Assembly: GCF_964355755.1 (NCBI RefSeq)
Contig: NC_092670.1
Coordinates: 4,206,201-4,270,200, forward strand
Reading direction: 5' to 3'
DNA length: 64,000 nucleotides
Source: Antedon mediterranea
Taxonomy: Eukaryota > Animalia > Echinodermata
This document shows, piece by piece, positions 1 to 12,194 of this stretch (position 1 is the stretch's first letter; every line of letters starts with the position of its first letter). The notes beneath the pieces are model-generated. The model searched no databases. It saw only the letters and a program-made list of their open reading frames with translations, and was not told the origin of the DNA. The position numbers and the translations under genes are program-made.

Positions 1-3000
1 GCTTGTCCATTCAATTCCATCTCAGTCGTTGTTTCTAGTATTGTGTCAGCTTCAGAAACAAAAAGAAACCTGTCAAAGCGAAGATCCGACATCACTACTG
101 GGCGAGAATCTGTAAACAACTCACGATGAGCAGCAATGGCTGTCTCTATAAAGCCAGCAGCTGGAAGTACGACACTTCCTTGGAGAATATGATCGGCAAT
201 CCACGGTTCTTTGTGAGTTCCAATGTTTGATTTCCAAACTCGAAGTTTCTTGTTTTCGTGATAGTTTGCGGATGATTCTGACTCCCCTAATAGAGGATGA
301 CAATGATGTGGATATCTCATATTTATATCAGCTGCTTCAGTTGCTGCCGAACATGTAATTCGTTGCCATGGATACAGAGGTAAAGACTCTACTTCGACCT
401 TAAACCCTTGAAAATACGGTGACAAATCGACTTTGTAGCCACTTACGAATAATTGTGCTATTGACATATTAAAACTCAGAATATCGTTGGCAGAGTTACT
501 AACATCACGGGGTCTTTTGAGAGAATGAGTAATGAACTGAATAGTTGGTTTGTTCGGTGTAGAAGCTATGGTATCTTTAATTGCCGGTGCCAATGCAGGA
601 TGGGCACCTATTTCAAGAAAACTGTTGTATCCATCCTTGAGTACAGCATCCACTGCGTCTTTGAATCTCACTTTATGGCGAATATTATTCCACCAGTACT
701 CGGAGCTATTTGCTTCTTGCAGCGTAAGATACCGGTTTGTGACGGTTGACATCATTGGGAAAAGAGGTCTGTGACAGTTAGACGACGATGACTTACGTTT
801 CTTTAGAAAGCGTGTTTCTTTAAAGAATTCTTTTTTAAGAATTTCCTGTTGACGGCTGTGGAAGGCGTTATTTACCTTTAGTTCTCTTGCTTGTATACCA
901 TCTTGTTTAAGTTTTGAAGTGAGCTTGTTGATAGATAGTGTTGTACCAGAAACCACTATCTGAGAAGGACTATTAAGAGCAGCTACGTCCAAATCCGTGG
1001 ATTTTAGTTGATCTTGTATATCATCAACATCATGAAGAATTGCTGCCATTGTTCCTGACCCACTAGTTTTTACAAGAAGATGACCTCTTGTAAAAATTAT
1101 TCTAACAGCAGTTGACATAGATATGAGTCCGGCTGCGTATGCTGCTGCTACTTCGCCCACACTATGACCGATTATGGCACTCGGAGTTACTCCATAATGC
1201 TTGTACAGTTCGACTAATCCGATCTGAACGCTACAAATGCAAGTTTGGGAAATTTCTGTGAAAATATAATATTTTTTATGTAATTAACAATAATAATAAT
1301 TATGTTATAAAACGGAATAAAAACATAAAATAATATAAATATTTGCTTTATTGCTTCTTTGTGTCTTTTCTATTGTGTATTACAATTAATCAGAGACTAA
1401 ATAAAAAGAATTATTATTTTTTATTATCAACGAACAGAATTAATGCAATGAAATAAAAAAGTTGTTTAACTTTTAAGGTTTGGAGTAATTCCGGGTCAAC
1501 TAGAGGTTCATATTCCCATCATTTTTTCACCATATTCATTCAACCCAAACCACCGGCCATTATATATGTATACTCCAAATAGACCAACAACATTAAAAAG
1601 AAAAAGTTGATTATGTGTAATCGTTAAAACAAGTAACTTACCCGTATTGTTGATTCTGTCTTTGTCATTTTCTTCTGACAGCATTTGTACAAGTGACCAT
1701 GTTGCACCGTATTTACCAAGTATTACGTCTATTTTCTACATTAGCAATAACAAATTTCTTATATTCAATATATTTATTTTGGGAATTTTAATCATTTTGA
1801 CTAAATATTTTAACAAATCATCAATTTTAAACGGACATCTATACTATCACTCGTGCTTTATCCTTAAAACCTACATGGACATCAACTAAACGTTTCTTAT
1901 ATAAAAAAATTAACTAACAAATAGAAATTAACAGCCTGAATGAATTGTACGGTAACCAGTAAAAGTGTAAATGTATTTATAAAAAACATACAATTTTTTA
2001 CGAGAGAAGATGTATGTTAAGGTTTTTAGTGACAGTCTCTTTACTAAGGTAGGAAGTTTTACATCAAAATGGAACCATATACTTACCTTTATAACACTGT
2101 TGAATATCAGCTGAGTGTTCATTAACTGCCTAGCCATGCCCCACCATTGAGTGCCCATACCAGAAAATACAAACACTATTCTGATGAATGTATTTCCCTC
2201 TGGTGCCTTTCCTTCAAACGTCATATTAGAGTTTGAATTTCCTTTCACTCTATCACGAAGAAGTTTTACCAACTCATTTCTAGATTTTGCCAGCAATGCC
2301 AACCTGTCTGAATGACGATGGGATCGTACATTTGCTGTATAAAGTGCATTTATGAATGCATCAGATCTCATTTCAAGGTCTTCCACAAGAAAATCCACCC
2401 AGTTGGAACATCTCTCATCAAGCGCTTCTTTCGAAGATGCCGATAATAATAACGTGTGGTATTCACCGTCATTACCATTCATGTTATCAATTCTGTTTGG
2501 TAAACTGTTAAATGGTTTTAATGGTGCGGCTTCAAAAACGACATGCGCGTTAGCCCCACCGAATCCAAACGAGCTGCAACCTGCGAGAAATTTTGAACCA
2601 GTCGGCCAGGGAATGCTTGTTGGTGGAACTTTCAGTTTCAGATCCTTGAAATTGATGTTTGGATTACCGCGTTTGAAATGCACAACACCCGGAATTTCTC
2701 GATGATATAATGACAATGCTGTCTTAATAACACCTGCTATTCCAGCAGCACCCTCTGCGTGTCCTACATTTGATTTTATGGAACCAATATACAGAGGTGG
2801 CATGTCATCTGAACGTTTTTTACTCATGGCTTCACCAATAGCATTCGCTTCTGTTTTGTCGCCTACCTTAGTACCAGTTCCATGTGCTTCGATATAAGCA
2901 ATATCACATGGGTCAACTTTTGCAGCTGTACAAGCTCTATACACAAGATCAATCTGGGCATCAAAACTTGGGTTTGCAATACCTGGAGTTCGTCCATCAT

Positions 3001-4307
3001 TTGTAAGAGCTCCTCCTCGTATCACTGCATAAATTCGATCTCCATCTTCTACGGCACGTTTGAGTGGCTTGAGTATCACCGAACCCACCCCTTCACTTCT
3101 ACTGTAACCATTAGCGGATTCATCAAAACTTCTGCATTGTCCATCGGGAGAGAGCATACCAGCTTGACAAAATCCAATTGTAACCAATGGTGTAAGTATG
3201 ATATTGACTCCACCGGCGATCGCTGTATCACAGACCCCTCCTTTCAGGGCATCACAAGCAACTTTCACGGCATAAAGAGAGGATGAGCACGCAGTATCGA
3301 TGGAAAAACTTGGCCCTCTTAAATCAAACTCGTACGAAATTCGATTTGAAATCATGCAAGAGTTGGTTCCTGAATTTGTATATTGACCAATGTTGCTTTG
3401 AGGAAATCCAGTAAGGTGGAGATACTCATTGGCTGTTACTCCCATATACACACCGGTGTTTGAGCCTCGGAGTGATGATGCCGAAATACCAGCATCTTCA
3501 ATCGATTCCCATACAACCTCAAGAAGAATTCGAATTTGAGGATCCATATGCTCGGCCTCTTCTACAAAAAGATAATTAATTCTTCTATAAACATTTGGGT
3601 GTGAAATATTGACATTTTAAATTAGTATATTTTTTTGGAATCTGGGTAGTTATTTTCTTCTGAAGGACGATAGTAAAAAAAAATGAAGAATACATGTTTC
3701 GTTGTATATATTCCGTATAGTGTTTCTTTAGAATGTATCTGTAGAAGATCATTTACTATGTATCACATTGAATTTAATTCAATAAATTAAACATTAGATC
3801 AGAATTTACAGTAAATCTTACATAACATTTAGAGCAATATATTTTCTTTAATAAATTTAAGTCGTAACATTATTACTATGCTACGCTTGATTATTTTTCA
3901 AAAAATGTTATTGTTTCAACTTTATAATACTTGTGTTACTGTACTTCTACGCAAGGAAATTAATTTATATAAATTATGATTAAAATGAATTTACCTGGAG
4001 ACATCTTAAAGAACTGTCGGTCAAACATCATAGGATTCTGTTCCAAGTATCCTCCTGCTTTGGTATAAAGTTTTCCCTTTTGCTTTTCACCAGGGAAAAA
4101 GTATGTGGATTTATCAAAACGTTGAGGAGGCGGTGGACCAGTACAATCCCGTTCCTCCATAAGCATTTCCCACATCTGGCGTGGGCCTGCAACTCCATCG
4201 CCGTACCTGCATCCAATTCCTACTATGGCTATCTTGTTTTCATCGTCAAGAGAATCGTCCACTGTTACTTGTGGTTTTATAGAACGGTAGAGGTTCCGTA
4301 TACTCAT
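1..4307 (-). CDS. Animal iterative type I polyketide synthase, 5' part (KS-AT-DH; continues beyond position 1). Coding exons 4307-3995, 3561-2087, 1735-1642, 1255-<1
   Basis: Exons join in frame through GT-AG introns (SP/EEAEHMDPQ; NSVIK/KIDVILG; INNT/EISQT). KS: IAIVGIGCRY, DTACSSS, EAHGTGT, KSNVGH, SSFGFGGANAH. AT: VFVFSGMGTQW, GHSVGE, NAFHS. DH: HPLLG...DHILQGSVVLP. Confidence 0.95.
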
Positions 4308-4356
4308 GATTAACACTTACTGAAAAATATAAAATTATAATTAACGAATACGTTGT

Positions 4357-4492
4357 TGTTTGAAGGTTTGCATGGCGAAATAAAATATTGATATAAAGTT
4401 TGCGGTACACCACGTATATTAGTTCTGAAAAGAACTGTTGAGTTTCTCGACGTTTCGATCAATATGCTTTGATCGTCCTCCGGAATGAGAAT
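4357..4492 (-). mobile_element. Penelope-like retroelement terminal fragment with minimal hammerhead-like motif (related fragments at 19148-19193 and 37178-37292)
   Basis: Dispersed repeat TGTTTGAAGGTTTGCATGG...AGTTCTGAAAAGAACTGTTGAG seen three times, two with internal inversions. Minus strand reads CGGAGGAC-GATCAA-AGCATA-TTGATC-GAAACGTCGAGAA. Confidence 0.6.
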
Positions 4493-4852
4493 ACAAGAAG
4501 TCCAGAAGTCAAATCACAAATAAAATAATAGAATGTACAATGATTCAAGAAAAATATGAAATGGGGTCTTAAGAAACCAGGAGGTGTAATAGAGACCCTA
4601 GATTACTTTAACAAAATAATATAAAAATTGGTTAACAAAATAATAGTATTTAAAAAAAATAATGAGGGGAGAAGACCAAAACATAGACAAGCTAATTATT
4701 TACAAACAAAATAAAGGAACAGATAAAAAATATTAATTTATTAACGAACAAACAAAGATTTGTGTTTTACATAAATGTACAGTAGTAGTTTAATATATAA
4801 TATGCATTATTCAAATTTCGTATCGAGGCAGAAGAAAAAAAAGAAAACTTAC

Positions 4853-4960
4853 CGGTGTGTGTATACATCTGACACTACAGTTCAACACTGATTTGCCTCA
4901 TTATAAAGAAGATACTAGGATGTTATACAACCTTCTGTTTACTTTCCACCAATCACAGAA
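4853..4960 (-). promoter_or_regulatory. Probable non-coding first exon and core promoter of the PKS
   Basis: On the minus strand, a TTTATAAT TATA-like element at about 4907-4900, a CCG/GTAAGT donor at 4852 pairing with the TTTTCAG acceptor at 4320, and CCAAT at about 4950. Confidence 0.5.
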
Positions 4961-7099
4961 TGGCATGATAATTTCGAAAAAGTCACTGTCACTGTGAATA
5001 CGTCATGCAATGTGTTCTTAAGACTTATAAACATAGTCACACTTCAGCATTGTAAGTAGTTTAATCCTCAACTAACGTCAATAGAAATCAATAAGTGAAG
5101 TATGGTAATAAAATTTTATTTTGTAATTTGTTTGATATTTTAGCAATAAAACATGTTACTATTTTCTTACTTTTTCAACAATGAATAGAGCATGCATCTA
5201 ATTATGGCAATATAGTAATAAGATATAGTTAATTAATTAATCTATATCGAATTTTAAAAATTTATAATATCGGAGAAAATCCAATTTCCAGTAATCATGG
5301 GTTTTACAGCCGGACACGTTTTCAAAGAAAATTAGCAATTAACCTGATTGTTGGTAATCCTTCCTTGACTCGAGTAGTATATACAGTATAATCAATTATA
5401 CTGAAACCGGAATATCATTATTAAATCCGTATTAATAATGATTAACAAAAATAGAAATTTTCAGTTAATGAAAATGTTGTTAATGTCATCAAATTTATTT
5501 ATAGTGTTATGGAGTTTTTTAAGTCAAAAAGAGAGATTTGTAGTAACTAAATTTATGACAATTTATTAACATTTTTAAAACTGTTTCATAAAGTTTTGAA
5601 TTTCCTACAATAGTATAATTGATACATACTATAATAATAATAATAATATTTATTGATGAATATCTGCAGACTAACTAGAGAAACAATAGAAACTTATTCA
5701 ATGATTGGAATAATATAATACTTTGAATATAACTTATTCCATTCGTCTACATGTTGACAATGTGAGTGAGATGAGATAGTGATTTTAAAGATGTATTGTC
5801 TCTTGAAACACAACAAATGAAGGTCAAAATATTCTAAATTTAAATTGGCCATATCAAAGTAATATTAAAGTTAAAAATTCGAGCCAAAAACAACATGTTT
5901 ACGTAAACAACAGGTCAATTAATTTGATTACATTTCGTCTGGAAAATTGTCGCTAGCGAAAGTAAACAAAGATTTCAAACGACGAGTATGCATTTTGCAT
6001 GATGCTAATTAGGATTGTTTACAACTCGTCACGGTTGGGAAGGTGTTTTCACACAGATCGCGAGGAAGTTTTATGATTTTTATGATTATTCATACAGAGT
6101 AGCCAAACAAGCGCGTTGCATTATAAGATTATGTTTTGATCGAAACTTTGACTGGAAATCAAAGTTATTTTTTGAAAAAAAAAACGTCTGTATTTCAGTT
6201 AAATGATTTTTTTCGACTAATTTTTGATGAAAGTTTTTTTTTGTCTTGTGTGAGTTCATCTCACGTTTATTTAAATTCTCATTGGTGAATATATTATATA
6301 CATATAAGTACATTTGTGACAATTAAAAGTGTTTAAAGTAGTAAAATACAGGTATATTTACATAATAAGATGCTTGAATTCAGTATTAACCATATTTGTT
6401 TTCATTAAAATTTTAGATACGATGTTAATTAAAATGTAAAAATGAAAAATGGCGGTAAAATGCATGATTAAAATTTTCTTGTTAAACTATCTTATTTGTG
6501 ATCTTATTTGTGTTCGAGTAGAGAGGCTATAAACTCAGGGGAGGAAAATGTAGTATCCTCCCTTTTCACCAAGATAAAAAGGATGAAATGAAAAAAGAGG
6601 AATGCAAAAGTTTGAAAGTTAAATATTTAGAATGATAGCATGCAATGATATATTTAATGAAAACTGTAAGGTTAGAGTCCATACACTGTGCAAGTCCAAG
6701 ATGCGATTTTGGCTCTGTGCGTATGTGAGACGCTTCATACCCGATGTCACCTTGGTACAACTACTACTTACAATTTGTATTTACGATATAAAATATTGCA
6801 AATATAGAAAAATATATATATTGGACAAATACAAATACATGCAGATAACATTGACATGTATACAATATAAATATTGCAAATATAGAAAAAAATATATATA
6901 TTAAAAAATAAATACCAATAATTACAGATTTCATATAAGTTATTAAAATTGTCTAAAAATATAATCAAGGGTTAAATAAAAAAGGGCTACACATTTATAT
7001 TAAAACTTATACAGCATATGTCACACTAACATAAAATACAATTGTAAAACGTAGGGATAGAGATCTCCAGCACATATATATTTTAATTATTCAATAGGT

Positions 7100-7720
7100 C
7101 TGTCTTTACTATTTTTCCATTTCTGATCAGCAGTATAAAAGTTTTACGAATACTCATTATTTATGAGGTTTATAATTTCATTTTTAAATAGCCCCCAAAT
7201 ATTTGCAGATTCTTTTTTTTCTGTCGTTTCTAGTTCTTTATATATTATGGAGGATTTATATATACAAAAAGTAAAACTGAAATTAATTCGTTTACAAGTT
7301 TGTTTGTTGTTCCCAAGATTACATTAACCCACTTTGGGAAGTCTTGCTGTACTGTAACCTCATTTGGAAGACACTGAACCAGCATATCTTTAAACTTTTT
7401 CCAGACTGATTGAATAGTTTTACATGCAATTAATAAGTGTTTTTCATTTTCTATATGATTCTTACACTTATTACATTTGTCTGTTGTAGATAATTTCCAT
7501 CTTTGTAGTCTTTTTTTACATATAAGGATTCGATGTAACAACTTAAAATTAAATTGAGCTACTTTTACCATGTGTTTCATTCTACATATACTTTTCTATT
7601 CCATATTTCATTCCAGTCAATAATTTCATCTCTAAATTCTATTTCCCATTTCATTTGAGGATTTGGAATAATACATATATCATTTATAAACTGCTTATAA
7701 TAGTAAGACGATCTTATCCT
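7100..7720 (-). mobile_element. Degenerate L1/Tx1-type LINE ORF2 3' remnant (zf-RVT zinc knuckle); boundaries approximate
   Basis: ORF 7245-7580 reads FNFKLLHRIL...CNKCKNHIENEKHLLIACKTIQSVW, the C-x2-C...H-x4-C motif of non-LTR RT C-termini; the frame is disrupted on both sides. Confidence 0.8.
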
Positions 7721-10477
7721 ATTATGAAATATATTATGTTCTCTTGTATATCTATGCGTACATTTTCCAACCCTTTTTACTTGTTTTTATGTGATTTTGA
7801 TCAAATGAATGAATGAATGAATGAATGAATGTCGACTGGTGGACACAAAATTGTTACATGTTTACTTGCTAATTCTTAGCACAGATGTTTTTATTTCCCG
7901 AATTCTTGTATAAGATAATTGCTGTAAATAATCACAAATGCATTCTAATTCGTATGTAATGATATTGTATTCATGTATTATTATAATCAAATACTTATTA
8001 TAATCTGTCCATACAAAATGACACGTATTGTACTGGAATCATCATAAAGCAAAATACTAAACTTTTTAATTTAGTTTTTAAACTCAATTTAAAAATTCCA
8101 TACCGGAGCTTAAAGCAATTATGCATTATTATAAGTGAAATAGCCATAAATTCATTTTAGTTAAAAAGGAAATGGGAAGCCCCTTTTCTGATTTTTTAAA
8201 ATTATATATATTTATAGCTTTACCTCCGGTTACAGATTTTACAATTCAATTGAAGACACGATTTTGTTGAAGAATTTAATTTCAAAAGCCTAAGCTATGG
8301 TACTATTAAATCAACTACTTGAGCTTGGCCGTTGCTTGTAACAATTAACTGTGTACAATATGTACCAGTTTTTTATGTAACAGGACAGATCATAGCATAT
8401 ACAGGTAATAATAGAACTAATTAATTTTATAATAATCTTCAATGTAAGAAATAACGCCTTTTTAGTCAGATAATGCCTTTGTTTTAGGTGACAAACGAAG
8501 TAATAAAGCAATAAGTGGATTTCTCATTACCTTTAATTTTCATTATTTCTTAAATAATTGTTTTCTGTAGCGTTTTTCTACAATTGTATCAATTAGGCAT
8601 GGCCTACTTATTTTATAAATTATATTTGTCATAACAATTATTCGAATTCGTAAAAACATTTCACCTAAAATACTAAACGGCCAATAATGCACCCGCTTAT
8701 TATTGGTTATTCTTTTTTGCTGCTCAACTGTGAAATTCTAAATGTGTTACACAGTTTCGAGCAGACACAGAGGCCTATATGTATAGTTATTATATATGTT
8801 TGTCTTAAAATACAACCTGCTCATCATTCCAAAAAATACAGACATACGTCATTATTTTCATAGTATAACCAATGATTTGTATTTGTCTATTCTACCATCT
8901 TGAAAGATGATAAACACCTGATATTAAGTGGTTCTATAAATCTAAATAATACATGAGCAAAGGCGTAAAAACGTAGCACTACTATAAGATAAAACAATAC
9001 ACAACAGGTTTAAGCAAAACAAATGAAAGGATTTAGATGACAAAATCATTATTAAATTATTGAATTCATTGTTGATTTAATCTGAGTTCATGTTTAAATA
9101 ATTCAATGTAATGTACAACAACGGAGTTCATCAGAGAAAGAATAATATTAAGCGAGATAATTAAAACTACATTAAGTAAAGTTTGGTTAGATATTCTGGC
9201 GTGCTCATCAAGAAAAGTTTGAAATCAGGTTAAAATGTCAATTACCTATAGATCACCTGTTGGACCACAGTAATCGGGAGATGAAATGCAGAGAGGAGAA
9301 ATCGGTAGGAGGTAAGAGAAGAACTGAGAAATAATTATGAGAAGTAATTATGAGTAATGATGGAATAAAACACCTTCAATAAAAAACTTCTTGAACTAGA
9401 AATGCCGTCGTCCATGAAGGTTTAGTATTTCAAGTACTTTCTTGGATATGCTTTTCCTTGTTAATACACCTTATTATCCTAGTTGTGTGTTTTTAGGTCA
9501 ATGGGTTATACATTTTAAGAAAGCTAAGCATACTAGTGTTGTTACCAAGTGTCTTGAACAAATATGGGTCTACTTGAACTGAGTATCAAGTATAGGCCTA
9601 AGCGATTAAAAAATCATCAATTATCAACAACAATAATTACCCGAAAAAGGGATCACTACTTGGAAAAACAAACAAAGGGAAATTTCAACTCAAAACACTG
9701 AAAAGGCATATGTTGGAAAACAATGCAACTTCAAGGAAAAATCAATCATTAAGATTAATAAAAATTCTAATTAAATTTTACTAGTGTTTTGGCTCTAATA
9801 AAATGATGAGTAATGGTTATTTGGCATAACTAGAATATAGACAGTATAATAGTATTCAACACGTACAACACCCAGAGACGTCCTACAAAGTAAAATCTTA
9901 GAGTCAAAGCACTTCTGATGATCATACAATATTTCTTCAACAATACCAACAGTAAGGGTAAGTAAAGATTCGCCACCCGGCTTTCGGCCACCTTGCATCT
10001 TGCCAACTTTGGTATTTTGCAACCTGACCTGTTGCCACGGGCCTAGACCACAGAAAAAGGTGACCTAGACGAAAAATAACAATTGATAAGTTACAATAAT
10101 GATTTTCTAAATCTGGTGGTACAATATCTTTTATAAATTTATGATATATTATGTGTAAAATTGAAAAAAATTTGTCTTTTTTTTGTAGACTTTATCTTTT
10201 TATCGTCCTGTGTAAACGGGCCTTAACCTATCTGATGTTTATTTTTATTTACATTTCAAACAATTACTTAATAAATAGTAGAAACATTAATAAAGGTATA
10301 AAAGGATAAAAAAAAGTATCAATATTGAACACGAAATTGCGATTTTCAATGACAATTTCTTTCTCACGAAAAGTTTAAAATCATAGATATTTTACTTTCA
10401 AATCTAATTCTTTTATTTGTAAAACTCTTTCCCATTACTTTGTAATCAACTAGAAATATTGTGAACACGTCTTTCAG

Positions 10478-10802
10478 TGACGTCAGATAATAACCATCAC
10501 CTATATTATTCTTTTCTTTAACAACCTTCGGTTCTTTCAATTGTATTATTTGCGTGAAAATACTATGCAGATATTCAAGTAGGTGTGTTATTGTTATATT
10601 GTTATGTTTAAATCCGGATGACGTCACTCACAATAGTGAAGTATTCAGACTTGGCTATAATAATACGATTGGTCCACTAAACGACGACGACGAACGTACA
10701 TGCGTAGTGCATTCAGGTCAACATCATAAATTAAGTCTGATTATAGGTTTCTGTGAGTCTAATGCTGTAATACACGAGAAATTCAGTAGGCCTACGGTAA
10801 GT
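10478..10802 (+). promoter_or_regulatory. Probable promoter and non-coding first exon of the PTCHD3-like gene
   Basis: Two perfect TGACGTCA (CRE) palindromes at 10478 and 10619, TATAAT at about 10656, a CG/GTAAGT donor at about 10797, and a polypyrimidine-AG acceptor at about 12176 just before the ATG. Confidence 0.45.
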
Positions 10803-11397
10803 ACATATTATTCATTTACACAACCATTTCTGTGGATAAAAAAAAAGAATAATGTTTAGTAGGCCTACAAACGTCTGGATTTACATCGTATATTAAACGA
10901 TTAAATGACGTTGTGTCGCGTTTAAATGTATGGAACTAATGGAATGGACCTAATTTATAGGTCCATTGTATATATTATATCGGTGCATAGTACGTATGCA
11001 CCTAAATGCCAAAAAAATAATCGATATTAGGCCCTATACTACCTCAACAATCGAACAATCAAAGCCATTTTCGTAGAAATACTCACGTGAAGTATTTCAT
11101 ATTGGTATCTATCAAATTTAATTAACTGCGGCACAGAAGAAAACAAAAAAACCCTATTTTAAAAATTCGAGTGGTCCTATCTATAATTGTGTACATGCTT
11201 CATGGTCGATAGTATAAACTTTACAGTAAGCCAGAAGTACGTTATCTCCCGTATTCAAGTACAGATATATATGCTACAGTAAGGCCTACCTTAGGAATAT
11301 AAGAATAGACCCAATAATAAAATGAACTACAATACAATGCACGTCATTTTTAATTTGATTTTTTATTTTCAATTTTATAGTATAAAATATTGTATAA

Positions 11398-11576
11398 AGC
11401 TTGGTTCCCACTAGAACGTAACGCAAGGACGTAAACGCAACGCAAGCGTTTTAACCAATGACAAGCGAAGTTATAGACAGTTAGCAATCACAAGCGAATA
11501 AGCCATCGCTTGTGATTGGTCAATTCACTTGCGTTGCGTTACGTCCTTGTGTTCCGTCGCTAGTGGGAACCACGCT
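11398..11576 (+). mobile_element. MITE family A (179 bp, long TIRs AGCKTGGTTCCCACTAG..., PIF/Harbinger-like)
   Basis: About 45-bp imperfect terminal inverted repeats with TAA on both flanks; further copies at 11728, 47724 and 48716. Confidence 0.85.
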
Positions 11577-11727
11577 TAATGCAGTACAACCCAACATTAT
11601 TGTTCAACTTTCCATAATTATTTTTTTTATCTATAAACCATTGTTTACACAGAGAAAAGTGAAATAACCTCTTCCCTGGTAAACATGTCTATTTTATACT
11701 TTATACTACTTTACACTGTTTTTCTAA

Positions 11728-11906
11728 AGCGTGGTTCCCACTAGCGACGCAACACAAGGACGTAACGCAACGCAAGTGAATTGACCAATCACAAGCGATG
11801 GCTTATTTGCTTGTGATTTCTAACTGTCTGTAACTTCGCTTGTCATTGGTTAAAACGCTTGCGTTGCGTTTTTGTCCTTGCGTTACGTTCTAGTGGGAAC
11901 CAAGCT
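11728..11906 (-). mobile_element. MITE family A, second copy in inverted orientation
   Basis: Near-exact reverse complement of 11398-11576. Confidence 0.85.
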
Positions 11907-12194
11907 TTAATAGTCAATCAGTACACCACATTTGTAAACAGTAAATGTCCGTAATGTTATTTATGGAATTAATATTGGTTGGCACTTTCTAAATTACGTA
12001 ATTTTGGTATAACTTGCTGGTTGCTAACCCGAACTGACAGAATCCTCCGGTACTGAAGGAGAGATGAATATACAATGGTTTTCCCAGCTTCATCTTATGG
12101 TTACTGATCAAAATATGACATATTATTTTATTTTCAACTAACTCCCAATAACGTTGCGTTTTTTTGTTTTTTTTAGATTGTTTATTTTGTCAAA

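Noticed and set aside
2352-3286. Plus-strand ORFs overlapping the PKS, and similar antisense ORFs over PTCHD3
   Set aside because: Shadow frames of long coding exons with no protein features.
1-4307. PKS as bacterial contamination or recent horizontal transfer
   Set aside because: It has canonical spliceosomal introns and host-like composition, and its first intron holds a repeat family found elsewhere in the window.
4866-4868. Out-of-frame upstream ATG in the PKS first exon (overlapping uORF)
   Set aside because: It lies within a few nucleotides of the start site implied by the TATA spacing; cannot be assessed without a mapped TSS.
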